From an uncultured virus (IMG/VR IMGVR_UViG_3300001041_000009) (taxonomy: Duplodnaviria; Heunggongvirae; Uroviricota; Caudoviricetes): a stretch of DNA of 56,479 nucleotides. Every line of letters begins with the position of its first letter. Within the stretch, counting starts at the first letter, position 1. Under the pieces are notes generated by a model, which did no database searches, was not told where the DNA came from, and saw only the letters and a program-made list of their open reading frames with translations. The DNA lies in the IMG/VR virus record IMGVR_UViG_3300001041_000009, positions 62,001 to 118,479 of that record; one strand, 5' to 3'. Shown in pieces: positions 30,977 through 41,629 of this stretch. Position numbers and translations under genes: made by a program.

Positions 30977-32911
30977 CTAAATCTTTAAAATATTAGAAAA
31001 ATACTCATATCTGGATGTCTTAATAGTTTCTAATTGAAGAGACTCAAGAATACTGGTAAATCTTGACAGATTATCATTCACAATAGTATCGACATCAATA
31101 AACACCCTCAACCAATCTGGAATATTTGGAAATGAACGTGGGATAGCAAATGCCTGTACACCTTTTTCTGAAATAGCTTTTTCCGGATTATTAAATACCC
31201 TTTCTAAGAAAATATTATAATAATCTTCATTCACCCCTTTTAGTTTTTCTAATTCAGACAGTGTGCCAAGTTTTACTTTAACAATGTCTAATTTCTCAGG
31301 TAACTGAATCTCCATATCCGGGTAAATGTAATTAAATGCTATAACCGCCCTAAAACCCGTTTCCCTGAATGGGAATTTATATGCAGAAAACGATTTAACG
31401 GACTTTGGCAATAGAAAGTCTTTCTCACCATTAATAAGAGATGTTCTTACAATATCCTCGAATCTTTCCAACTCTCTTAATATTTCAGATATATTGATAT
31501 CTGGACTATCTATCATTTTAGTTTTAACCAAATTAGTAAAAAATACTTTAGTGGCTTCCCTTGTAGTAGACTTCATAAAGTCATGTCCTGAAATAGCAGT
31601 ACGTGGTGGAAATATCTCAACTCCTTCACGGAGTCGTATATTAGTTACGTAGCGCTTTTTTTTAGGTGCTAGGATAACTCGTATTTGGAAAAACTCATTT
31701 TTCATATTAATTTTAGGTCGGTATTTTTTAGGCACATGTGAATATTTACAATACCTAGCTAAAACTAAAGTTATCATTTCTGTCATAAAATAACACATTA
31801 TATTGATAATAATAAATTTCATTTGATCGGGATCTTTATTAAATAATTTAGTATTATTCATAACAATATTACTCTGTATTGCAATAAACCATGGATTTAA
31901 ATGAATGAAATTTGAGTCGGTGTCTATAACTAGTACACTCTTACGAACATCGTTCTTCAATCTTTGAATTCTATCAAAAGCAAAATGGTTGTAAAAAACA
32001 AATTGCCCATAATAATCCCAGAGTTCTTTTAAATCAGATTTAATAATATCTGGTACTTTACTTGGATTTTTAAACTCATCCACTTTTAACATAACTGAAG
32101 TTAACATATTATTTATCTTTCTTAGACTAGAAAATTCATATAAGTTATTCTTAAAATATATTCTATTAATATCTCTCTGATTTAGGTTTAATATATAACA
32201 GAATAGTATATCCTCATATGAATCTTTATAATCCTGGAAATTTGATTTTAATCTCTTTATTAATAACTCTACTGATATATTAGGTAGGAATCTATCATCT
32301 AAAACTTTCTTCTCATGAATAATATTCTCCATGAAATTCATGCAATCATCTAAGTCTATAAATGTTACATTATTAGTTAAGAACGCTTCATAGGCTAACT
32401 CTGTTGTAGATATTATAGATTGGCCAGTAGATGTTGTACTACTGGCCGTATAGAGGTTGAAGAAGTTTGATTTTCGGTTCCCGGAACAGCCATAGAAGGA
32501 ATTTGCGTTGATTTTCTCAGTTCCCTGAAGCCTATCAAATGTGGCATACTCATATGATTTCCTGTCAAATTCTTTAAGTTTGTCCTTATATGATTTTCTT
32601 AAAGTTAGGAAATTATCCAACATTACTGCTGAGGGATTGAGTTCTTGATCCTGATTCTTAAAGAATACTCCAAATCCAGCAGCTATAGGTTTAGTTCTGT
32701 CATACCAATCAATTAAAGTAAGTAAATCAACGTCTATCTCCTTATGGTTATAGTTATTATGAATTTTTCCTTTTGGACTAACTGCTCTTTCCGAAGCAAT
32801 GCTTTTAATGAATTTACTAAGTTCCTTCTCGTTTAAATCAGGGTACATGGTAGAGAATATAGATACATAATGATTTTTCCAATCAGTTAGAAATTTACCT
32901 TGTTTACTCAT
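30977..32911 (-). CDS. Family B DNA polymerase, catalytic part of a split enzyme
   Basis: KINANSFYG (motif B), IDTDS (motif C), KKKRY; no exonuclease or motif A. Confidence 0.88.
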   Translation of the reverse strand: MSKQGKFLTDWKNHYVSIFSTMYPDLNEKELSKFIKSIASERAVSPKGKIHNNYNHKEIDVDLLTLIDWYDRTKPIAAGFGVFFKNQDQELNPSAVMLDNFLTLRKSYKDKLKEFDRKSYEYATFDRLQGTEKINANSFYGCSGNRKSNFFNLYTASSTTSTGQSIISTTELAYEAFLTNNVTFIDLDDCMNFMENIIHEKKVLDDRFLPNISVELLIKRLKSNFQDYKDSYEDILFCYILNLNQRDINRIYFKNNLYEFSSLRKINNMLTSVMLKVDEFKNPSKVPDIIKSDLKELWDYYGQFVFYNHFAFDRIQRLKNDVRKSVLVIDTDSNFIHLNPWFIAIQSNIVMNNTKLFNKDPDQMKFIIINIMCYFMTEMITLVLARYCKYSHVPKKYRPKINMKNEFFQIRVILAPKKKRYVTNIRLREGVEIFPPRTAISGHDFMKSTTREATKVFFTNLVKTKMIDSPDINISEILRELERFEDIVRTSLINGEKDFLLPKSVKSFSAYKFPFRETGFRAVIAFNYIYPDMEIQLPEKLDIVKVKLGTLSELEKLKGVNEDYYNIFLERVFNNPEKAISEKGVQAFAIPRSFPNIPDWLRVFIDVDTIVNDNLSRFTSILESLQLETIKTSRYEYFSNILKI

Positions 32912-33318
32912 TTAACATTACCTACTTTAATAAAGATATAATATCTATTAGGTTCAATATGTTTTAATTTAGGTAAATCTGGTTCATCAAGCATTGTACA
33001 GATATGTAGAGTATATAATTCTTCTGCTGATAAACTACCCCAGTCCCATTCAACATTACCATAGTTCATTCGTATAAGACGATAATCACATAGAGCAAGA
33101 TGTTCTTCCAAATACTCATCCAAAACTATATCCTGATCATCATAATTATCATCAGATTCAATATATAACAATACATTTCCACTGGGTAATAAATAAAGAT
33201 TATCATAACTTTTAAGCAAATTAAACTCATCACTAACAGCATCGTTTGATAATTCTAGTAATATCTTTTCGTAAGCTTCACCTGTTAATAATAAAACAAT
33301 CATATCATTCACCATCAT
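32908..33318 (-). CDS. Hypothetical protein (paralog of 33305..33727)
   Basis: Shared SDExNLLKS, YxLxxG, YRxxxxxxGxV and YYIFI. Confidence 0.6.
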   Translation of the reverse strand: MMVNDMIVLLLTGEAYEKILLELSNDAVSDEFNLLKSYDNLYLLPSGNVLLYIESDDNYDDQDIVLDEYLEEHLALCDYRLIRMNYGNVEWDWGSLSAEELYTLHICTMLDEPDLPKLKHIEPNRYYIFIKVGNVK

Positions 33319-33727
33319 TTATATTAATAAAGATATAATATTTAGTTGGATCAAGTTTTATTGCTTCGGATTTTAAATCAGGCATGACTAAGTGGGTGTA
33401 TGCATATAACTCATGACCATCATTATCACCCATCTCATTAACCCCACCATAACCATCAACTTCAACGAAACGATATTCTTCATCATCAAGAGTTGCTAAT
33501 AACTGCATCATATTACCGACGTCTTGAATATGAGAATACCATTTACTATCTTCAAAGAATAAAATAATATGTCCGGTTTTTAAATAATATACATTACCAT
33601 TACTTTTCAATAGATTATTTTCATCTGAAATAGAGTTATCTTTCATCCATTTTACACCTTTTAAATAAGCGGAACTATTTAATAATATAACTACTGTACT
33701 TCTTTCTGACATATAAATCATCCTCAT
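33305..33727 (-). CDS. Hypothetical protein
   Basis: 140 aa; early motif at 33748..33757. Confidence 0.6.
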   Translation of the reverse strand: MRMIYMSERSTVVILLNSSAYLKGVKWMKDNSISDENNLLKSNGNVYYLKTGHIILFFEDSKWYSHIQDVGNMMQLLATLDDEEYRFVEVDGYGGVNEMGDNDGHELYAYTHLVMPDLKSEAIKLDPTKYYIFININDGE

Positions 33728-33846
33728 TTCTTTATAATACTAAATTAATAATATATAAATTCATATTTATTAAAATGTTAATAAGACATTAATTTGTTAT
33801 CTACTATAGAAATTAGTTTTCATATGGTGGTAAAAATATATTAATG

Positions 33847-33858
33847 AACAATTAAATA
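33847..33858 (+). promoter_or_regulatory. Late-type promoter AACA-N6-TA (AR9-like)
   Basis: AACAATTAAATA; recurs at 15169, 40605, 46886, 49282 (+) and 2591, 5602, 15091, 26564, 36866, 44069, 45894 (-). Confidence 0.65.
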
Positions 33859-33885
33859 AAAAATGTTTATAGGAGTTGAAGAATA

Positions 33886-34359
33886 ATGATTTTTGGTAAA
33901 GACGCTGGACTGGAATCTGGCACTGAAGAAATTAGTACAGAATCTCAAGCCCTCATTATGGAGGCTGCTATGTTAGACGTTATGACTACTGATGAATTAC
34001 ATGCATTTTGTGAAAACCATACAGAAGTTCAAGCGGCATTACGGGATCAAGTCCTTCTCGAAAAAACCATTGTCCGTTTAGACAAAAAGGCTAAAATGAG
34101 TCGTGCGAAAAAGATGGCGATATTTGAAATCGCCAAAGCCCGTAAAGATGTTAAATTCAAAAAATTGATAACTATATGGAGAATTGAACGGGCCTTGGAA
34201 AATTTCCTTGACAAGAAATATGGGGCCCAGGCAGAGCGTATGGCTCGCCAAGCCGTTAGTAACGCCCAGCGAACAAAATCCAATATTGTTAAGAGCGTTG
34301 CCGCTAAAGTTCACGGTGAACTAAATTCGTCCATTCCAGTCCGTGGATCACACAAATAA
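33886..34359 (+). CDS. Probable virion head protein (acidic propeptide, basic C-terminus)
   Basis: 157 aa, late motif upstream. Confidence 0.55.
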   Translation: MIFGKDAGLESGTEEISTESQALIMEAAMLDVMTTDELHAFCENHTEVQAALRDQVLLEKTIVRLDKKAKMSRAKKMAIFEIAKARKDVKFKKLITIWRIERALENFLDKKYGAQAERMARQAVSNAQRTKSNIVKSVAAKVHGELNSSIPVRGSHK

Positions 34360-34363
34360 AACG

Positions 34364-34407
34364 AATAATTAATACTCGATAGATTAATCTATCGAGTATT
34401 AATTATT
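34364..34407. terminator. Palindromic bidirectional terminator
   Basis: Perfect palindrome between convergent genes. Confidence 0.7.
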
Positions 34408-34456
34408 TTAAAATTAGAATTTTACTTAATATCATCTATGTCGTATAATGCGTCAA

Positions 34457-34738
34457 CTATACATCAACTGCGGTTGCTAATTCGGGCAAAGTTTTAAGAT
34501 ATTCATATCCTTGCTTGATAAAATTAAGTGCTGTTTCATCAACAGAAGGAGCAAAGGCAAATGCTTGTTGATTAACCAGACTTTTACCCTCGGCATACGC
34601 CTGCTGAGAAATATATGAGTCTAGCGAGAGCGCCAATAATTCTTTATTCCCGCTTACAGCGCTAATTCTTCGATAGGCATTTTCAACAATAATTCCACTA
34701 GGTAATTCAACGTTATTAATTATAGCCATTTTTTTCAC
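34457..34738 (-). CDS. Tail fibre-associated small protein/chaperone
   Basis: 93 aa following the tailspike gene; NFIKQGYEYLKTLPE. Confidence 0.5.
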   Translation of the reverse strand: MKKMAIINNVELPSGIIVENAYRRISAVSGNKELLALSLDSYISQQAYAEGKSLVNQQAFAFAPSVDETALNFIKQGYEYLKTLPELATAVDV

Positions 34739-34743
34739 TCTCC

Positions 34744-36819
34744 CTAACTAAATATTTTCAGCACAGCAATTGTAAGCGTAAATGTTAACTCGGCGGCTGT
34801 GAGGTTTCTTAGATTAACCTTAACCTGACCAATGTTCGCCGATATATGACTAGGTTCCATTGATAAAATCTGAACATTGTCGCAGGGTGAACAGTATAGA
34901 GATATACTGTCCTCGGGTTTTATTGGGGCATAAAAGATACCATTTATTATAGGTATGGTAACGACTTTTGTTTCAGATGCCAATAGGGTTACTGTGGTCG
35001 GGTATCTATACCCCCGTATTATTCCACTTGATCTATTATCGGGAATGGGTGTGTTTTGGGGTTGGTTAGCCACACGATTAACACCTGTCGCTACTATAAT
35101 ATTATTATTAGTTAATAGTTTTGTTAATAGTGAGTAATCGCCATTGCTAACTAACAATCCTGTTCCAAGTTTTAAATATAAGTCACCATCACAACTATTA
35201 TTCTGAAAGACACACGAGGATTTTTCATTGTCAAACTGTACGGCAGTAGTAGCATAAAACGTACTACCAACCACTATTCCTGCTGCTCCCAAAGGTGCAT
35301 CTACTTCTTGCCACGTAACAGTACCATCAACTACTGTACCACCGGGAGTTGTTGAGAATAATGGATAAGTACCCCCGGAACCTCCGCTTGTCCCAGCCAC
35401 GATACATTTATGAATGTGATATGGCGTAACGTCTGAAACTACGTACGCATTTAGAGCATATACAGTATTTCGAGTCCATAAACCAGGTTGCCTAACTAGT
35501 CTATCCGTGTGCATAGATATCCTATTACCCTTAGTTCCCAATCCATAGTGATACCATTTATTAATGGTGTGTAGGTCGATATCTGCTACCTTATTATGTT
35601 CAAGGTAATTATCTTCAATTGCCCCACCTAAACAACTACCAACTTGTATCGCGATCCCTGTTAATGATTCAATAACGTTATTGGTTATCCTTAAATTGCG
35701 ATTTTGGAACCCAGCGAGTCCTTCCGTGTTACCTATACCATTCTCCCTTAATTCGATCAAAATATCATCAAAGGTACTGTCGTAACTTTCCTTAAACCCT
35801 GCGGCCCAACCAGCACCACCTGTTATATTACCATGAAAAAATTGCATAGATTGTATATATCTATTAGGGGAATAGATAATAGAATCGACGTTTCTGCAAT
35901 TAAAATCATGGGACTTTGTACGAATTATCTTTTCTCCATCCCACACCATAGTCCCAGCCCCTGTTATGCTATGGTATCGCATAGAACTTTCATTTATATC
36001 GCCAACATTTTCCACTATGGACGTAAAAATGAATCCAGCATCATTTTTTATAATGCCCCCACCAACGCCTATTATATATAAAACATTTCTGTCTTGAGCG
36101 TCCGGTAATTTATTAATCAATAATGCTCCTTGTCCTGTTATGTCGTACATTCTAGCAAACTTAACAGCCCTTCTAGGGGTATTAACAACCATCCAAGTTA
36201 CAGCACCGTCTACAATCGTATCTCCAACATTGTTAGGCCACACGATAGATGTACTGAGGGTCGAAGAAGTAGTACCAGCAACTGTACACTTATAAATTGC
36301 AACAGAAATAACGCTACCTATTGTAACCAACTCATTAATGGTGTATGTCGTGTTGGGTAATCTCATTATATTGGTTACTATAGCGTTGTCTAATGCTTGT
36401 TGTACTTTTTGATAATCAGTTCCTGTAAAGATATCTGGACTTATCGCATTGTCTAGTAATTGTATCGCATTATCAGCCTTATACGCATTAAAGGAGGCTT
36501 CAACTAACCCATGCAATTTCATTAAATCATTAGATATTATAGGTTGATTATTGGCATCATATGTTAGTGATATATTTTCAGTAGTTTCAATAGTTATACC
36601 ATCTAATTTATATGATTCAATTTTTAATGTATCATAACTAGGTGAAACTCCACCAGTAAGTGTAGTAACTCTAGCTATTGTATTATCTGGACGTTTATGA
36701 GCCACTATAGTATAAATACCATTTGAATCTACACCAGATTTAGTATGTGTTAAAGTCGTAAGTTTATCTCCTATAGTATGATTTAATTCATGTATACTAA
36801 TCAAACCATTGTCTGACAA
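34744..36819 (-). CDS. Tailspike / receptor-binding protein with beta-helix and two carbohydrate-binding-like repeats
   Basis: DYQKVQQALD, Asn-ladder repeats, two KCxVAGTS..GxTxVDGxVTW repeats. Confidence 0.65.
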   Translation of the reverse strand: MSDNGLISIHELNHTIGDKLTTLTHTKSGVDSNGIYTIVAHKRPDNTIARVTTLTGGVSPSYDTLKIESYKLDGITIETTENISLTYDANNQPIISNDLMKLHGLVEASFNAYKADNAIQLLDNAISPDIFTGTDYQKVQQALDNAIVTNIMRLPNTTYTINELVTIGSVISVAIYKCTVAGTTSSTLSTSIVWPNNVGDTIVDGAVTWMVVNTPRRAVKFARMYDITGQGALLINKLPDAQDRNVLYIIGVGGGIIKNDAGFIFTSIVENVGDINESSMRYHSITGAGTMVWDGEKIIRTKSHDFNCRNVDSIIYSPNRYIQSMQFFHGNITGGAGWAAGFKESYDSTFDDILIELRENGIGNTEGLAGFQNRNLRITNNVIESLTGIAIQVGSCLGGAIEDNYLEHNKVADIDLHTINKWYHYGLGTKGNRISMHTDRLVRQPGLWTRNTVYALNAYVVSDVTPYHIHKCIVAGTSGGSGGTYPLFSTTPGGTVVDGTVTWQEVDAPLGAAGIVVGSTFYATTAVQFDNEKSSCVFQNNSCDGDLYLKLGTGLLVSNGDYSLLTKLLTNNNIIVATGVNRVANQPQNTPIPDNRSSGIIRGYRYPTTVTLLASETKVVTIPIINGIFYAPIKPEDSISLYCSPCDNVQILSMEPSHISANIGQVKVNLRNLTAAELTFTLTIAVLKIFS

Positions 36820-36962
36820 ATTAATCCACCTACCCTCTTTTAAATAAAGTTTGTTTAGAGTATTTTAATAATATGTTTAAAGTTAATATAACGTATATCT
36901 TATATAGATTTTAATTATATATTATTATTGTAGATATAAAAAATATTTGGGAGGAGTTTATT

Positions 36963-37601
36963 ATGACTAACGAGGAATTAATAAAAGCGGATGTATTAAA
37001 CTTTATTGACATTCAAAATCCAACAGAGGACGAACACGTAATGGCTGTTCAATTAAATGGTAATATTATTCAATTTATTAAAGGGGCATCTGAAAGAGTA
37101 CAAATGTACGCTATTATAAGTGAACCTTTAGCTATCAGATATATTGAAAATCCAACTGACTTAATACAAATGATGGCAGTAGTCTGCGAGCCTACACGTA
37201 TTAAATTAATCGATACTCCATGTTATAGTGCTCAATTACATGTTATTAAAACCGATCATAGATTCTTAAATTTTATCAAAAATCCTTTACCTACAATCAT
37301 TGAAATTGCTCTCGAATCAACACCTAAATCCATGTTGTATATTAAAAATCCAACAAAGGAGACTCAATTACTTGCAGTTAAATTAAATCCACATACTATA
37401 AGTATTATCGAAAATCCAACTGACTATGTACAGTTAGTGGCAGTTGAGGGTGACAGCACCTCTATAATGGGTATTAAATCTCCATGTATTAAATGTCAAC
37501 GTATTGCAGTAGAAGATAGATTAGATAATATCTTACTTATTAAGAATCCTGATATTTCAGTTATTGAGTATGTTAAAGAACGATTATTTTTAAAATTATA
37601 A
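36963..37601 (+). CDS. Repeat protein (~22-aa IxNPTxxxQLxAV repeats)
   Basis: About 9 tandem degenerate repeats; early motif at 36916. Confidence 0.75.
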   Translation: MTNEELIKADVLNFIDIQNPTEDEHVMAVQLNGNIIQFIKGASERVQMYAIISEPLAIRYIENPTDLIQMMAVVCEPTRIKLIDTPCYSAQLHVIKTDHRFLNFIKNPLPTIIEIALESTPKSMLYIKNPTKETQLLAVKLNPHTISIIENPTDYVQLVAVEGDSTSIMGIKSPCIKCQRIAVEDRLDNILLIKNPDISVIEYVKERLFLKL

Positions 37602-37722
37602 TTATAAAAAAGAATGCCATCAACGGTATTCTTTTTTTTTGTATGTTCCAATATAAATAAACCTATAAATATATATTATAATAATAGAAAAAACAGTATT
37701 ATAAAAGAAGGAGGTCATATTT

Positions 37723-40544
37723 TTGGATTCGGATGTAGGAAAAATAATCAGTGAGCTATCCAATAAGATCTTTATTATCTCAAACTTAATGGCTACTAAG
37801 AAGGACTACAAAGCTAATCTAGAGTTGTTCTATGATTATTTAAAACGAGGGTTTGAAGTTAAGGAGTTGAGAACATGCCCAGTGTATTTTAAATTTTCAG
37901 ATAAAGAAGGAGAACAAATTCATACTCTCCAATTAAGACATTTCTTAACAAATTATATGTTTTGGTCACCGATGATGAAGTTGGGTTATATTGATAGATT
38001 GAATGAATCTTATATAGTTGATTGTAGTAAGATATCGGCAGATTATATCAAATCATATGTTGATAGAAAGATAGTTTTACCATTTAGAAAGATTATCAGT
38101 AATACTAAAATGAATAAAGTAATTGCAGATATGATCCACAATCTATCTAGAATATCAACTGACTTTAATATGATATTGGGGTTATCAATTAATATTGAGA
38201 CGTTTATTGACGTAAGCGAACGTATACCTAGATTTAACGAAATCATACGAACGGTTATTCCAGACGGACTTCAACCTACGGAAATAGAATCATTACTAGA
38301 TGATCTAATGCATGAGCAAGTTGCCATTTTAGAAAATGATCCTGTTGGAAATATGCTACAGCCAATACTAAAATCTGGTGCTGGGATTAAACATAAACAG
38401 TTAGCAGAGTTCGCAATTAGTGGGGGGCTGAAGCCGGATCTTTCTGGAAATACAATCCCCCATCCGATCAATAGTAACTTCATAGTAGGGGGATTATCCA
38501 ACATCACTAATTACTATATTGACTCCCTAAAACAACTTGGGGCGGCATAGGTGGACTTATGTTGTAAAACTATTTTAATTGACGGGAAACTCCTTAGAAC
38601 TTCTAATTGAAGATTGGACAATCCGCAGCCAAGATTCTTATATAAGAATAAGGTTCAACGACTAGAGCGTGACTCGTAGATATAAAGTTATATCGAAATT
38701 AATGGAATCTTCTATATAGAAGATTGTGATATAGTCTTGTATCCTAATAAATATTAGGGAAGTTCATAAGAGAACTGCATGGATTAACGACCTATGTGAA
38801 AGTATCGTGGTGGAAGAAAATCATTAATTATGAATAAACTGGTTAATTTTTAGCCATTTCTCTTTTAATTGACGGGAAGTTCCTTACTGCTTAAACTACT
38901 AATGTAATAATGTTTAAGATTGGATAATCCGCAGCCAAGTCTCTTTATAATAAGAGAAAGGTTCAACGACTAATTTAGAGCTCAAAGTGAGTGGGTGTGA
39001 AAACTCTTAAATCGAAATGGAGAGACTCATTTAATTAAATGAGAAGAGATAGTCTGGTATCCTATAGAAATATAGGGAGTTCTTTGTGGACTACATTATG
39101 TAACGAATAATGTCAACTTACGTATGGGTAGATCTGGCCATCAATTACAGGTGGCATTATATAGTAATATATAATGAGAAAATTTCTTTAATTGACGGGG
39201 AACTCCTTAGAACTTCTTAATTGAAGATTGGACGATCCGCAGCCAATACTCTTACTAAGAGAAAGGTTCAACGACTAGAGTAAAAGCTCGTAAGTTTATA
39301 GTTAAACTGAAATAAGAATCATCCATCATTGGATGGTGATATAGTCTTGTATCCTATATAGTTATAGGGAAGTTCATTAGAGAACTGTATGGATTTACGA
39401 TCTATATGAAAATACGTTTGCACGATTAGTAATGCTTTTAACATCAGGAATAAAATTAAGTCCTACTGTTAAAACATGTAATAGCATTCATTCAATTCAA
39501 TACGAAATCAAAACTAAAGAGCATTTAAGACGATTACAGGGAAGATATTATCGTCTTGAGAATACTAGAGATTATAACGTCATTGAAGGTCATGAGGAAA
39601 ATATTGTTGGTAAAACTATCTATGTTAAATCTCCAGCAACTTGTTCAGCTAAAGATGGAATATGTTGGCATTGTTATGGGCAACTATATCATACCAATAA
39701 AGGTATCTCTATTGGTGGATATGCTGGATCAAGAATAACAGAACCTGTATCTCAGAGAGTATTATCAACTAAACACCTACTAACAACAGTTTCGGAAAAG
39801 ATAGAATTCAATGCTGATTTCTATAAGTTTTTCACTATTAATGCAAATGAAATTCTTCTTAATATAACTAATGACGACATTAACTTAAATGATTATTCTT
39901 TAGTTATTATTAATAAAAATATTATTAGTATTAATGAATATGATGATACTGATTTCAATACATTTGTAACTATATTCCATGTTAAACATAAAAAATCTGG
40001 TGAGATTATAGAATGTATGGAATTGAATCAGAAAGACTTATATATATCTCCAGATATAGTTGAGTTAATGAATAAGAGTAAATCTCATAAAGACGCTTAT
40101 GAAATTGACTTTGCTAAAATTGATGATGATTCTAAGATATTCGTATTAGAAATTGAGAATAACGAATTGACACGTCCTCTTTATAACATCATGTATTTAC
40201 TTAATAGAAGTGATCATGTTGGATGTAGATCTGTTGATGAGTTATGTCAAAAGATGTTAGATCTATTAATCGAATCTAAAATTGATTCAGATGCGGTTCA
40301 TGGTGAATTGTTGATACACCCTCTATTAAGACACAGTAAGGATATCTTATATAGACCGGATTTCAGTAAGTATGGTGAAAAAGCTGAGTATCAAATAATG
40401 ACTGTTGAATCCGCATTAGAAAAACATCCTTCTGTCTTAATAGGTTTATCCTTCCAGGCATTAGGACGACAACTTATTAATCCATTAACATTTAAAAAGA
40501 GAGAAGCTTCTTATATAGATTCTTTCTTTAAATCCAGACCATAA
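37723..40544 (+). CDS. Phage RNA polymerase beta' C-terminal subunit, 4 exons (37723-38528, 38808-38843, 39123-39141, 39417-40544; 662 aa)
   Basis: Spliced bridge helix YYIDSL|GGRKSLIMNKLV|MGRSGH|FARLV; SPATC..GICWHCYG; GSRITEPVSQRVLSTKH trigger loop. Confidence 0.92.
38529..38807 (+). ncRNA. Group I intron (no ORF, 279 nt)
   Basis: P1 CCCU/GGGG; P/Q/R/S; ends ..AGTATCG. Confidence 0.9.
38844..39122 (+). ncRNA. Group I intron (no ORF, 279 nt)
   Basis: P1 UGGU/GCCA; P/Q/R/S; ends ..CTTACG. Confidence 0.9.
39142..39416 (+). ncRNA. Group I intron (no ORF, 275 nt)
   Basis: P1 GCCAU/GUGGC; P/Q/R/S; ends ..AATACG. Confidence 0.9.
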
Positions 40545-40642
40545 ACTATAAAAAAATAACTAGAGATTTTATCTCTAGTTATTTTTTTATTATACTTCGA
40601 TTTAAACAAGAGAATAATGGTATAAAATGGGGGTGGATAATA

Positions 40643-41158
40643 TTGGACATAAATCGGTGTTCGGGGTGTGGGGGATACATATCAAGGAATGAGATTCTAA
40701 TAAAGCAATTAACTGATGAGAAAAATTTATTACATATTGAAATAGCAAAATTAACAAAGAGTATAATATTATATGATGTAAAAAGTAATGAACCCGACGT
40801 TGTATTACTTAGAACTTTAAGAACTAAACGAAATGAAAAAGTTACATATATTACTAATCTTACAAAGAATTTACAACATCAAATGAAATGTGAAAAATCT
40901 ACTAATAGTGATATCTTTATTAATTATTTAATTAATGAATTGACAAAATCTGGGTATAGTCAAGAACATATTAATCATCTTAGAAAAATGGCACATACTG
41001 ATCATGCTAATAAATTAAAGAAGGCTAAGAAAGAAATACATAGGATTTATAACAAAGCCGATGTTATTTTATCTCACAACGAATGGCGTAATTCAAGTGG
41101 CTGTTTTGATCCAACAGCTAAATTAGCTATAGATTCAGTATCCAAAGGAGAATTTTAA
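40643..41158 (+). CDS. Hypothetical coiled-coil protein
   Basis: 171 aa; late motif at 40605. Confidence 0.55.
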   Translation: MDINRCSGCGGYISRNEILIKQLTDEKNLLHIEIAKLTKSIILYDVKSNEPDVVLLRTLRTKRNEKVTYITNLTKNLQHQMKCEKSTNSDIFINYLINELTKSGYSQEHINHLRKMAHTDHANKLKKAKKEIHRIYNKADVILSHNEWRNSSGCFDPTAKLAIDSVSKGEF

Positions 41159-41263
41159 TATATAATTAACCGTTTAACAAATATTTAATAAAACATGTTA
41201 TGAATAGAAAGTTTTATTTCTATTCATAACATGTCATTTTTTTATTAAGAAAGGGTTGGATAA

Positions 41264-41626
41264 ATGAAGCCTAATAAAACTATACAGAATATGAGTAATC
41301 ATAAATTAATTACTTTATTTGAAAAGGAAATTATATCTCACAGTGGGCAAGAATATGATGAATTAGGGAATCGTGTTCCCATGTGCAGTAAAAATAGACT
41401 TAATATGTTGCGAACAGAAATAAATATCCGTTTGGACAACTCGATAAAATCTATTGAAACTGAAACAATGGATAGCTTAATTGATAATTTAGATGTAATT
41501 GAACCTAAAGAAATGCGAAAAGTTTCTGAAGGTGATCTATCAGTACGGGAATGTATATCTACTATAATTAATTTTGTGAATGATCTTATATTTAATTTCT
41601 GTAATTTCTTTAGAAAGTTGTGGTAG
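41264..41626 (+). CDS. Hypothetical protein
   Basis: 120 aa with RBS. Confidence 0.55.
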   Translation: MKPNKTIQNMSNHKLITLFEKEIISHSGQEYDELGNRVPMCSKNRLNMLRTEINIRLDNSIKSIETETMDSLIDNLDVIEPKEMRKVSEGDLSVRECISTIINFVNDLIFNFCNFFRKLW

Positions 41627-41629
41627 TTT

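Noticed and set aside
38529..39416. Repeated ~280-nt units with short unique spacers resembling a CRISPR or tandem-repeat array
   Set aside because: The units are group I introns and the spacers are exons; no CRISPR repeats or cas genes seen
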